Source: the human T2T-CHM13v2.0 reference genome, Homo sapiens
DNA length: 64,000 nucleotides
Assembly (NCBI RefSeq): GCF_009914755.1
Contig: NC_060937.1
Strand: one strand, 5' to 3'
Shown here: positions 38,760 to 51,141 of the stretch, piece after piece
Layout: the number at the start of each line of letters is the position of its first letter
Numbering within the stretch: the stretch's first letter is position 1
Made by a program: the position numbers and the translations under genes
The notes under the pieces: generated by a model
What the model was told of the DNA's origin: nothing
Databases searched by the model: none
The model's input: the letters and a program-made list of their open reading frames with translations, nothing else

Positions 38760-39671
38760 AAGAAAGATAAAAAGAGGGATGCTAATCTCATTCTCTGCCC
38801 ACCTCACATGCTTGAGTAGAAAGTTTCTAGATAGTCTAGAAAGTTCTAGATAGTTTAGGAGGAAGGTAATCCAAGGAGCTTAGGTCCCTATAAGGGATCT
38901 TATGCCCTACTGGGAAAACATCTTCTAGAAGGCCTCCCATCACCATGTACCAGCCACTGCATAGAACCAGTGGCATAGGAGGAATAGAGAAAGGATGATC
39001 TGGGACTAGTGCTGCAGAAATTCCTCACCTTCCGTGGGGTTTGATATTCCCAGTGGAGGCATCGGAAGTAGCTGAGAGGTCAGAACTAGCCTGCCTACTG
39101 TAGGGACACTGAGGTAAATATCATGATGAACCTATGTCAGAGTGGAGAAGAAAAGCCTAAGTCAGCAAATGTAGAACTTGGTTAAGCCTCAAAGGATCAG
39201 AGAAACAAGGGAAGCCTAGGAGAGGCCAACTCAGCCCAGGAAGTACTCCAAATGTCACCAACTTTCCTAACTCTGCCGGAAATGATAACAGGATGCCTGA
39301 TGAGCAGCTGCAACAAAAGCCTTGTCACAGAGACCAGCAAGGAATCAAAAGGGCCTCACAGGGGCCTGTGTGAGAGCTAAGCTCCTGACCCTCACACTGA
39401 GAAAGGGGTCAGCAGTCTCCCCCTCGAGCCCACACGGTATCTTGGGAATTTGCAAAGAAAGAAACATCTCTGAAATAGAGATGAGCTCTGTAGCCTCAAT
39501 ATTTATCCAAAAGGAGAGAGGCTTAAGCCAGAAGAGGCTGAAATACGTTAACTTAGTAAGTTTACATATTATCTAACACCCTGTGGATAGAGGTTATGAG
39601 AAAGTTCAAATCAGTTACAGAGGAATTTTTGTACATCTGAGTGTAGTGTATAAATTTGCAAACTTACCACA
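38760..39671 (+). mobile_element. Ancient LTR (MamGypLTR/LTR85-88-like)
   Basis: Purine-rich block ending TTTGTACATCTGAGTGTAGTG…AAATTTGCAAACTTACCACA, like the 3' ends of mammalian Gypsy-type LTRs; left boundary uncertain. Confidence 0.4.
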
Positions 39672-42159
39672 TTTCCAAACCTGTTTCACATATACATTTT
39701 AAAAGAAGTATCACATTTCAGACCCACAAAGAATTTAACCATTCAACATGAGCAAACATAATTTGCATAAATTTCTGCCTTACTGTGGAATGGCAGATTC
39801 TGACATGAATTCATATATGTAACACAGTACATTATATGTGACAAGTATCAAGAGCACAGGGCAAATGTCCTCAGGCAATAGTGCCCTCCACTTTCCAATG
39901 AGATGTGAACCCTGTAAACCAAAGGGCAGTGGAGGTGCAGCCCATATACTTATCTTCCAGTTCACAGACTTTTTCAGTGCAGTAATATAGTTATAAGCCC
40001 TTTTAAGTAGAAATTTTGAACTGGAATTCCAATTCAGCCTTGAGAAGAACCTCACATTAGGACAATATCAATAGGGAATAATTTAGGACTTAACTCCTTT
40101 TTTTTACTCCATTCCAGATTTATTCTTTATGAGATGTAAATATCAGAAACATGTGGAATACTGAACAGATTTTTGAAAACCTGAAGCAAAAGAGAGCATG
40201 TATTAAAAATGGAAAAAAATGTCCAATTCTGGCATCAGAAAATCGTATTAGTAATCTTGTTACTAATCTTGTTATACATAATTAAAACATTTTATCTTCA
40301 GAAGCTCATAGAAAAAAAGAAGTAATACTAGCTTCTTTTTTAGGAAAATTTTTTGTGTTTAAATTCTTAGAAGATATTAGTTCAGAAGCTAACCTAGAAT
40401 GTGTATATCTGTAGACAATATCAATAACACAACAAAACAGGTACAAACAAAGTCTAGAGTTTCTGGTTGATCAGTGGTCTTAGTCCATAAGAACCAATAG
40501 TTGCTTCAGTTTCAAATTTAGTTTCAAATTTCAATGCTATTGACATTTATTATAAAACCTACCGGTTTATTCAACTAAAGGCAAGATGTCAAATGTTCCT
40601 GTGATAGTAACCATCTGTACCTTCCCTCAAGTGACTTCATGTTTTCCTGAGGTCCAGCTGTAATTACAAGATTTTCAGAAGTGGAAAGAGTCTTAGAGAA
40701 GATATAACAGCTAGAAAGCTCTAAATAGAAATAAAATTTTTGATTTATAAAATACTCTATACATTTCCATTCCCTATAGCAAGAGATGGATTATGGCTAA
40801 TACTCAGCTAACACGGCTACTCGCAAACTCTGTGTGATAAACACTAAATAATAATCACTTGATTCATTTATTTTCCCCCTGAAAGTTTTGAAGCATCCAG
40901 TACTCACCTTTTGGGGCAATTGCTCTGAAACCAGTGACATAATTGGTTCCTTGATTTTCAGTTACAAAATCCAGTTATTAAATGAAGATGGAATTTCAGT
41001 TGCCAGTATTATACTTCTATAGATTTTGTATATTTGAGGGAATTGCTAGTAATTTTGTGGCATACATTTGCAAAAGTCATTCTTTATTTTTCTTATATGT
41101 GTGACATTCAAAAAATAAGAAAGCTTGAACTTGCCTGTTCCTTCAGCTAGGGAGTAGCCACTTTTGAAATAGGTGCTAGCTATGAATGAATTTTAAGAGT
41201 TAGTGAAAATGTTGAAGAAAAACACATAGCTAAATTGAATAGAAAATATTGGGTCAGACATAAATGATCATGCTGGCTTTACACATTTGCTTACACTTGC
41301 ACTAGTTCTGGCTTCTATCTTACATCTCAGGTTACTTCAGAAGTAGCCAAAATACATTGAAAATAAATTTTCAGTAGCTCAGGATAAACTGTATCCAGGC
41401 TGGATACTTTAAATATTTTAATTTTTTTAAAAAATTCATGTATGGTAAGTCACATTCACACTCCAAAATTTATAGTCCCTAAGTTGCAGTCATTCCTGCT
41501 TCGGCTGCTGACTTACAGCCCTGACAATTCCATTTTTATTTTTTTTTTAATATCATGAAACTTAACACTGCTGGCTCTGGCAGGAAGGTAAGACCCCCAG
41601 TTATTTTCTCTTCCACACTTAGTATTCACAAACTACATTGATTAAAAAATTGCTATGGGTGTGACTTATCACATATGGTACTGCCTTCTGACTAGCAAAG
41701 AAACTTAAATACTAGAAAATATCAACAGCATGATTACATAGAGAAGAGAAAAGAGATGACACTCATTTATCCTTTTGAAAGCCATATTTAGCTATGCAAC
41801 ATTATCAGCAAAGTACAGACGAGGTATCTCCAGAGGGTCACTCCATTTTACTTTGTTTAATTTAGAGCAGCAGTCTCCCATCACGGTCATTTCCAATCTC
41901 TAGGGCTGGTGATCACATGAAACATAAGATTACACTCCTTTTAGGGAGTGTAAAAGGAAAAACAAAGAGTATATTTTTGTTTTCATATATCAAGGAGTTT
42001 ACTTGGTAATTAATACTTTCTATAAATATTCATATTCCAAAAACTATTTCTTTCGGGTCTAACTTCATACGCTGGGACATAAAAGTGTGATAAAAATGCC
42101 AGTGTATGAGGAATTCTGTTTTGTTTTGTGTTGTTATTGTTGTTAGTCTTAATCATTGG

Positions 42160-42370
42160 GACATAGTAGAGTACAGGATGACTGGTTAAAATCAGACATT
42201 TCTTTCTTATAATAAGCTCACTTTATGCCCCTGAGGAAATAAGTTTTAAAAAATCCTTGTTCTCTCCATTTGTTAAATAGGTATGAAAGTAACCATCAAT
42301 TTCAACACTATGTGAGGTATATTTTAATTGGTTTATGTAGATGACTTTGAGATCTCATCTTAGAGTCTTC
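42160..42370 (+). mobile_element. MIR SINE (degenerate)
   Basis: AATCAGAC…TTTCTCTCCATTTGTTAAATAGG…TGTGAGGTATA…TATGTAGATGACTTTG. Confidence 0.45.
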
Positions 42371-42470
42371 TATGGAAGTATCAAGTAAGATGACATGTTT
42401 ATAATTCCAAAGTTATTATATTTCATCTTTTGTTGTATTTCAATAACCATTAAAAAGTAGAGGTCTAAAG

Positions 42471-42580
42471 CAATGGTTTTCAAACTTGAATGAGTATGAA
42501 AATCCTGTAGAAATCTTGTTAAAACATGTAATTCTTGGCCTGTCCTTAGAGTTTCTGATTCAGAAATGAACATTCTGAAT
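42471..42580. mobile_element. MER5A hAT fragment
   Basis: CAATGGTTTTCAAACTTGAATG…CTTGTTAAAACA…AGAGTTTCTGATTCAG. Confidence 0.7.
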
Positions 42581-44654
42581 AGAAACTAACATTCTTAGAT
42601 GAATTTACATTTTTAATTTGCACACTAGCTTTGTTTTGTGAACACACATAAAAATAGTAACTATAAAATATATAAAATGTGGCTATAGAATAAGATAAAC
42701 ATTTTTATCTCCCTGCTTATTTTAATGTCAATTTTTGAGACCTTTGCTAAGAAGTGGTTCAGACCACAGGAAAAAAAAAAAAAATCACACAGCCGGGGTT
42801 ACTTAGATGAATTACATGCTTAGCAAGAGAGATGTCTGGCAAGCTATCAACATTAGATCATTGTACCATAAACTGTATTTTCTCCAGCATACAATAGCTA
42901 GTAGTCCAGCTAACTCAATAAAAACAATATTAACGCTGTTACATTACCAGACAATCACATTCCCATTAGCATCAGCCTCTGTGAAAGGTATTCCCAAGAT
43001 GGAAGTTAGCCAAACTCCTTCAGACAATCTCAACTTACAACACAATGTAATTTGGAAATGGCCATATGGCAGTAAATATGACTGCAAAATATTGCACAAG
43101 CCCTTGCTCAGCCTTCTTATGTGACAGAGAGAACTGAGCATCTAGAGATTGCCTTAATGGTAGCCTGTCTTTATATATATATATATGGAACATATTAGCA
43201 TAATCTTTGGCCCTATAGCCACAGAAAAATAAACATTCTTTCTGAAATTGAATAAACAAACATTTTATCACTCGAGTCAGTTTTAATACACAAATCCTTG
43301 CCTGTGCTCACGAAGATATAAGCAGTAGGGAAAATGGAGGGGATTACAAATAGTGTTTCTTATATTGCACAATCAGCCACATTTTCTTCCATGGAAGACA
43401 TTGTTTACACACCATTTTCTTGTATTTGGTGAATGAAAAAGATGAATGCTGGAAAGATTAAAGCAAAAATATTTAAAACCTGATAGAATCTACAGTGAGG
43501 TCTGTTCTGATTTTTTGCTACCCTGTGTCTATCAGGTAGGCAACTGTAGTGGTCTACAGTCATCATAGGGACTAGCTTTTCTATTCTCTTGCCTTTTTAG
43601 CATTATCCTTCAAGCAAGTGTCCACCTGCCCAGACAATCAACCTGACTTTCTATGACTTCTTAATAAATGAAGCTCACTCCACTAACCCAAGGGTACCGT
43701 CAATCAAAAATATCGATATGAAAGTTTGAATTGCACATTTTATGATCAGCCAACTGTACTTAGGCAATAGCCATATTTAGAAGAGAGCCATTTTCTTGTC
43801 TTTTATAATTATATTCTACTTTGCCCTCACCAACATTAGAACACTATCGTTTTGCATATTAAATGCCACATGGTCAAAAACGCAGCAGAATAAATTGGTG
43901 ACTCTCTTTCAACCCACAGAAATCTCCAGAAAACAGCATAAATAATTTTAAAATGTCTTTCTAAAAACGTAGCTGAAAAATACAAAATTGGCAAGTATGC
44001 ATTCTAGGCCATTAGCCCTATGCTAATTCTCACTAATGTTTCTCCTTATTAAGACACTTATTTTCCAGATGCGTTTATAGCAGAGATTGCCTACTTTGTT
44101 GGTGGGAAGATAGGGAAACATCACCCAATATTTTTCAGCCCTTTGTAAGGGCAAGCTAGATTTTACTACACATTTTTCTACCCATTTACCTACCCTTTGT
44201 GAACGTGACAGGTTGTCAGATACTTCCCTCAAGATAGAACATTCTGATTCAGTAAGATTGTATGCATATTAAGTAAGATGGTGGTATTTTAATTTGCGTT
44301 TCCTTCTTTACCTAAGTCAATTTTTAAAATATCTATCTTTCCACAACAAATGGGACTTAAGCAGAAGCTAAATCATTAGCAAAGCAAACCACAATATGGC
44401 TAATACTGTATTTTCTACCATCTTAAATGTGAACTGATTCAGTTCTGACTACATCAGTTGAAAATACCAACTCAAAATTACTTCAGGCAGTGTTACTGCC
44501 CCCACTGAAACTCAGCTGTTATTTCCTACCTATCATAATACTAACTTCAGAAAATTTCCCTTTGGTCTCAATGAGAGCATCGAAGGAGAGATTATTTTCC
44601 AACCATGTCACGAGTATAACACATGTATGAGATATTAGATGAAATTAGCTATGT

Positions 44655-44910
44655 GTGGTCACAATGCAGTTCTGATATAATGAAATGAATACTAAACTTG
44701 TAATCAGAAGACATTGGTTTGTGACTAGGATCTATTCCTTGCTATTTATGGAAGTCCCATAATTTCCCCAAGCTTCAGTCCTCATAATAAAAGGAAAAAG
44801 GTGAGCATAATAATGCCTTCTTCATAATATGGTTATGGGCATCAAAAAAAGATAATGTATTTTAAATACCTTTGAACTATAAAATGTCCATCTATGTAAA
44901 CATTAAGTTT
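44655..44910 (+). mobile_element. MIR SINE
   Basis: AATCAGAAGAC…AAGCTTCAGTCCTCAT…ATAATAATGCCTTCTTCATA…GATAATGTAT. Confidence 0.55.
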
Positions 44911-45660
44911 TCCTGCCCCACTCTCCCCATCTCACTTTCCCCTTGTTGTCACATAAAAATGGTCCCCTAGACAATCTCAACATTCAACTCATGGCTTCAG
45001 CTACTGGCTCCCATATTTCCATTTCTCATTTAAAATTCTATCCCATTCAAAACCAACTACCTACCACACATCTATATTCTATAGTCATCTCAAGCTCCTC
45101 GAAAGCCATGTGTCAAAATCAAAATCCACCACTTCTCTTCTTAATACCTGCCCATTTTCTTATATTTATTTTCTTGGTGACTAGAACCACCATCCATTAC
45201 TATCCAATTTTCCCTACATTGCTAATGCTAGGTCATTAGTACTGACCAGTTTGATATTTTTGCCTCAAACACTATTGTCACTGTTGAAATTCAAACCCTC
45301 ACCTCATCTCTTGTGTTACTAACAGATTTCCTTGTCTCAGTCTCCTCATTCCACTTTATCCTTAATGGTACTGTCAAAATGCTCTCATTAAGTACATATC
45401 TGCCTAGGTTATTCCTTGCTTGAAATCCCTCATTAACTGTTCATCATCTGGAGGGTAAAATACAAATTCCTTCTTGCAGACTTTCAGATCTAGCTTCCTT
45501 CTAGAGCTTCCTCTCCCCTCCAGCTCCTCACCATTCACACCCCAATGTCCAGTCATGCTGAAACTAAAAGCTCTCCCAATGCATCTCATAGCTCCACTAA
45601 GCTGTTCCTTTCCACTGGCCCCTCCCATTCCCTAAGAGTTCTCCATAGTCATTTTTTGCC

Positions 45661-45843
45661 TTTTTTTTTTTTTTTTTTTTTTTTTGAGACAGGGTCTCAC
45701 TCTGTGGTCCAGGCTAGAGTGCAGTGGTGCAGTCACAGTCCGCTGCAGCCTCAAGCCCCCAGGCTCAAGCAATCCTCCCTCCTCAGCCTCCTGAGTAGCT
45801 GGGACTACAGGCACATGCCATCACACCTGACTATTTGTTTTTG

Positions 45844-45874
<31 letters not shown>

Positions 45875-45941
45875 GTAGAGGTGGAGTTTCAACATGTTGC
45901 CCAGGCTAGTCTTGAGCTCCTAATCCCAAGCTTTCCACCTT
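45661..45941 (-). mobile_element. Alu SINE (AluJ-like), 5' end rearranged
   Basis: T25 tail, right arm, (TTTTG)n linker and partial left arm, followed by an inverted copy of its own last ~39 bp. Confidence 0.9.
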
Positions 45942-46126
45942 GCGTGAGATCAGGAGTTCAAGACCAGCCCAGGCAGTATGTGGCCTATTCTTGTAAAAAT
46001 GTGGCCTGCTAATGCAGCCTATAATAATGTGGCTCATTATTCTTGAGGAAACATTAAGTAGATGCTCTTCCAAGAAATTTTGCCTCAGACTGAGGTCTGT
46101 GCTGCCAGGTCACCCTCCTCACCCTA

Positions 46127-48534
46127 TGATATGGTTAAGCTTTGTGCCCCTGGTATCTCATGTTGAATTGTAATCCCCATAGTCTCCACTTGTTGAGGGA
46201 TGGATCTGGTGGGAGATGATTGGATCATGGGGTTGGTTTTCCCAGTTATGTTCTCATGATAGTGAGGGAGTTCTCATGAGATCTGATGGTTTTATAAGGG
46301 GCTCTTCTCTCTTTGCTTCCTTCACATTCTCTCTTTCTCTCAACTGCTGCCATGTAAAACATGCCTGCTTCTCCTTTGGCTTCTGCAATGATTGTAAGTT
46401 TCCTGAGGCCTCCCTAGCCCTGCAGAACTGTGAGTCAATTAAACCTCTTTTCTTTATAAATCACCCGGCTTTGGGTTTTTCTTCATAGCAGTGTGAAAAT
46501 GGATGAATACAGCAAATTGGTATCACAAAGAATGGGGTACTGCTATAAAGATACCCAAAAACATGGAAGCAACTTTGGAACTGGACAACAGGCAGAGGTT
46601 AGGGAATAGTTTAGAGGACTCAAAAGAAGACAGGAAAATGTTGAAAAGTTTGGAACTTCCTAGAGACTTGGAGGGCTCCGAAGACAGGAAGATGTGGGAA
46701 AGTTTGGAACTTCCTAGACGCTTGTTGAACGGCTTTGACCAAAATGCCGATAGTGATAACAACATTGAAGTCCAGGCTGAGATGGTCTCAGATGGAGATG
46801 AGGAACTTGTTGGGAACTGGAATAATGGTGACTGTTGCAATGCTTTAGCAAAGAGACTGGTGCCATTTTGCCCCTGCCCTCGAGATCTGTGGAACTTTGA
46901 ATGTAAGAGAGAGAATTTAGAGCATCTGGTGGAATAAATTTCTAAGAAGCTCAAAAGGTGACCTGGGTGCTTTCAGTTTATGCATTCACAAAGAGGTGGT
47001 TTGAAATTGGAACTTATGTCTAAAACGGAAGTAGAGCACAAAGATTTGGAAAATTTGCAGCCTGAAGATGCAGTAGAAAAGAAAAACCCATTTTCTGGGG
47101 AGAAATTCAAGTCTGCTGCAGAAATATGCATAAGTAACAAGGAGACAAATGTAAATTGCCAAGACAATGGGGAAAATGTCTCCAGGGCATGTCACAGACT
47201 TTCAAGGCAGCCCTTCCTATCACAGGCCCATAGGCATCGGAGGGAAAAATGGTTTCATGGACTGGGTCCAGGTGGGGAACTTGGTGCCTTGTCTCCCAGC
47301 CATTCTACCTGTGGCTAAAAGGGGCCAAGGTACAGCTCAGGCTGTTGCTTCAGAGGGTGCAAGCCCCATACCTTGGCAGCTTCTGCATGATGTTGGGCCT
47401 GCAAGTATGCAGAAGGCAAGAATTGAGGTTTGGGAATCTCTGCCTAGATTTTAGAGGATGTATGGAAATGCCTGGATATTCAGGCAAAAGTCTGTGCAGG
47501 GGTGGAGCCCTCAGGGAAAGCCTCTGCTAGGGCAGTGTGGAAGGGAAATGTGGGGTGGGAGCCCCCACACAGAGTCCCTACTGGGACACTGCTAAGTGCA
47601 GCTTTGAGAAGAGGGCCACCATCCTCCAGACCCCAGAATGGTAGATCCACTGACAGCTTGCGCTATACGCCTGGAAAAGCTACAGACACTCAACAGCAGC
47701 CTGTGAAAGCAGCCAGGAGGGGGCCTGTACCCTGCAAAGCCACAGGGGAGAAGTTGCCCAAGACTATGCAAGCCCACCTCTTGCATCAGCATGATGTGGA
47801 TGTGAGACATGGAGTCAAAGGAGATCACGTTGGAGCTTTAAGATTTAATGACTGTCCTGTTCGATTTCAGACTTGCATGAAGCCTGTGGGCCCCTTTGTT
47901 TTGGCCAATTTCTCCCTTTCTGAAAAGAAGTATTCACCCAATGCTTATACCTCCATTGCATCTAAGAAGTAACTAACTTGCTTTTGATTTTACAGGCTCG
48001 CAGGCAGAAGGGAATTACCTTGTCTTAGGTAAGATCTTGGACTTGGACTTTTGGATTAATGCTGGAATAAGACTTTAGGGGACTATGGCGAAGACATGAT
48101 TGTGTTTTGAAATGTGAGCACATGAGATTTGGGAGGGGCCAAGAATGAAATGATATGGTTAGGCTTTGTGTCCCTACCCAAATCTCATCTTGAATCATAA
48201 TCCCCATAGATCCCAAGTGTCAAGGGATGAACCTAGGGGGAGGTGATTGGATCAAGGGGGTTGTTTCCCCCATGTTGTTCTCATGATAATGAGTTCATTC
48301 TCATGAGATCTGATGGTTTTACCAGGGGTTCTTCCCCCTTCACTCTCTGCTCACTCCATCCTGCCACCCTGTGAAGAAGGTGCCTGCTTCTCCTTGTCTT
48401 CTGCCAGGACTGTAAGTTTCCTGAGGCCTTCTCCAGTCATGCAGAACTGTGAGTCAATTAAACCTCTTTCCTTTATACATCAATCAAACAGTGTCAGGTA
48501 TTTCTTCATAGCAGTGTGAAAATGGATTAATATA
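46127..48534 (+). mobile_element. Complete THE1D/MSTA-type MaLR provirus
   Basis: LTRs at 46127-46511 and 48151-48534 (TGATATGGTT…TACA/TATA). Internal ORF remnants read EDRKMWESLELPR…DGDEELVGNW…CPRDLWNFE and WKGNVGWEPPHRVPTG. Confidence 0.93.
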
Positions 48535-51054
48535 CCCCCTTATCATTCATGATGCACTCAAAGTGTTTCAATTATTAGCTTCTTATTTTTCTCTCAATTA
48601 AAATGTGAGCACCAATTTTTCTTTTAATATCTAATTAATTTACTAGTGTTAATTATGTTGCCCAGAGTATTATATTCAATATATTATTGCTGAAAAGTAA
48701 ATTTTCCCTAGTCATTTGTCTTTCTTATTCTTTAATTTTTGTTAAAAAGTAACTAAAATGTTATAATAACTAGGTTAACGATACCTGATCTACCTGCAGA
48801 AATGCTACTTACTTGACTTCATATATACCAAAACAAAATCTTACCAATACAAATCTCATATATGCATGGAGTTAGGAATTCCAATTCAGGAAAGTAGGTA
48901 AGTTGAATTCTTATCCCATTCTATCATAATAATTCCAGTTATAGAAACACTATCTGATTTCCAGAGCACTGAAATGAAGATTACCAAAAACTTTGCCTCA
49001 TTCCAAGCTGCACTAAAGGTTGAGAGGGTGTTTCTCCAGAGAATGGTGACTCGATGTACTAAAATTGAATCTGACCTTGGAGATTTCTTTGATTTGTAAG
49101 AACATTTATCTTTTACCTATTAATTTTGCAAGTTTAAATGGTAATAACTGTAAAGTGTGGTAAAATTTCTCTTTTTAAAAAAGATATATTTCACAGTAAA
49201 ATTTGTCTATCATCTTGCTTCACCCTTTTTCCAAATTTCTATACCAAAAAACATTCTAATTTTTGTTTTGTTTTCTTTGGGTTAATATAAATGGCGACAA
49301 TCTCTAACTCATTGTTTAGGAAAAGGAGGACGCTGTCATAAGGAAGATGCTTTTAATAAGTAACTCCCTTATTCCAAAAAATGATGTTCCAAAGAAATAA
49401 AGTGAGGAAGAGGAAACCAGATAGTATGGAAAATCCTTCTTTAATGTGGACAAATAAAGCAGCCAGACAGAAACAGGAAAGCAAAACATAATTAAGGTGG
49501 TCCACAAATTATGTTTCTGTTGACATAAACAACTTGAGGTCAAGACTCAAATTTACTGATTGTTTTCTATAAATAATTTTCCTTATGTTTCTTCCTCCTT
49601 TTTCATCCTGTGACCACACAAATCTCACCCTAAACACATTCTCCTATAAAATTCTGCCCCCTCCAATGAAAAACAAATCTATTTATGTAACGAATCCTGT
49701 AATTCAATTTGCTGTCCTTAAAGATTCTTTGAAGAAAGGAAAAGTTTGCTTTACATTCCCACTTGCTCTCTGAGAAAAACAGAAGTGTCTTAAATAAATT
49801 AATTCACTTTCACCATATATGTTCAGGGCTTTGTGTTCATGTGCAAAGCTAACCTCCACAATAACACTTATTTTGCAGTAATAGAAGGACAACATGGAAT
49901 ATGAAGTTTTTTCAGTGACATCTTTTAGGGAAAGTGTAGTAGTACTGAATTTGGTAAAAAACTTCCTCCAAATATTCTTGGGCACTCCCATCATTAAACT
50001 TTTTTTTGTTTATTAATTAATTAAGCAATAGTCTTAATTGTTAATTAAGCAATAGTCAACTGCTAGATAGAAAATTTCTCATGTGCAAAAATAACCACCT
50101 AGACAATTTTCTGATAAATAGTCAAAATGCCCTTTGAGATGCCTTGTTGATCCTACTATTTTCATTTAAAGATAGAGGGGTAATGAGCCTGACTAAAAAA
50201 CACTCAGAATCTTCAATCCCCAATTTCTTAAAGAAGTAATTCTCTCAGCAGCCTCTGAAAAATAAACTAAATAGAACTGACACAATCAAGAAAGAAGAGG
50301 ACATATATTTCAACACGTAATGTGTATGTAACATTTATGTATCTGTCTGTCACTAAGAAAACTAAAAAAGTAAAAATATCCACAAAATAAATAAACCTCA
50401 GCCATAGATTTACATTAAACCCTTCTGTTTTTCCACTGACAATTATTTATGTATACATTAATTCACTGTCTTAATAGGTTCAGGTGTTTGTTTGTATTCA
50501 TGCATAAAACTACGTTAATTGAGGTTTGAAATCACTATATTTGATAATGTGGATCTTTGAAGTTTCTGTGATACATATTATCATAAGCTTTAATTTTCTA
50601 AGGCTAAAATCTTTACAGCATGACCTCAGAGAGATCTTGCAACACATCTTAATGACAGCAAGGGTAAAGGTAGTATCTTTCAGAAATGGGGGAAAAAAAG
50701 GAAAAAGTAGGATAGCCCTAATTGTTCAGATCTCTTTGAAGATAGATAATGGCTAAGCCCATTAATTGCTTTTAAAATAAAGCAAATTTGTGGAGAGAGA
50801 AAAAGTGTGACACATCATGTAAACAGATACTCTCACTTTTTGACACTGGTGTTATAACCCCAAATACATGGATACTCTTTGGATTGGAATAAAGGGCACA
50901 GCATTACACAAAAATCTAAATCCCTCATAAGATAGTAATTTACTAGGGATTAATTAAATTCTAAGAAACATAAAACCCTGCTTATTTATAGACTAGATCT
51001 GAACTAAAATGAGGTTTTGGGGTTTTTCTTGTTTTATTGGTTGGTTTGGTTTTA

Positions 51055-51141
51055 AGAAAGAAAGAGAGAGAGAGAAAGAAGAAAGAAAGAAAGAGAAAGA
51101 AAGAAAGAAAAAGAAATAAAGAATGAAAGAAACAAAGAAAG
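51055..51141. repeat. GA-rich / (GAAA)n low-complexity tract
   Basis: Directly visible. Confidence 0.85.

Larger units (their letters stand above)
44915..48700 (+). mobile_element. L2 LINE 3' region interrupted by an Alu and a MaLR provirus
   Basis: L2 motifs at 44915-45660 (ACTCATGGCTTCAGCTAC, TTATTCCTTGCTTGAAATCCCTCA, GGTAAAATACAAATTCCTT), resuming at ~46050-46126 and 48535-48700. Confidence 0.55.

Noticed and set aside
41930-41953. 9-bp inverted repeat TTACACTCC/GGAGTGTAA
   Set aside because: Too short to separate from chance or a decayed DNA-transposon remnant.
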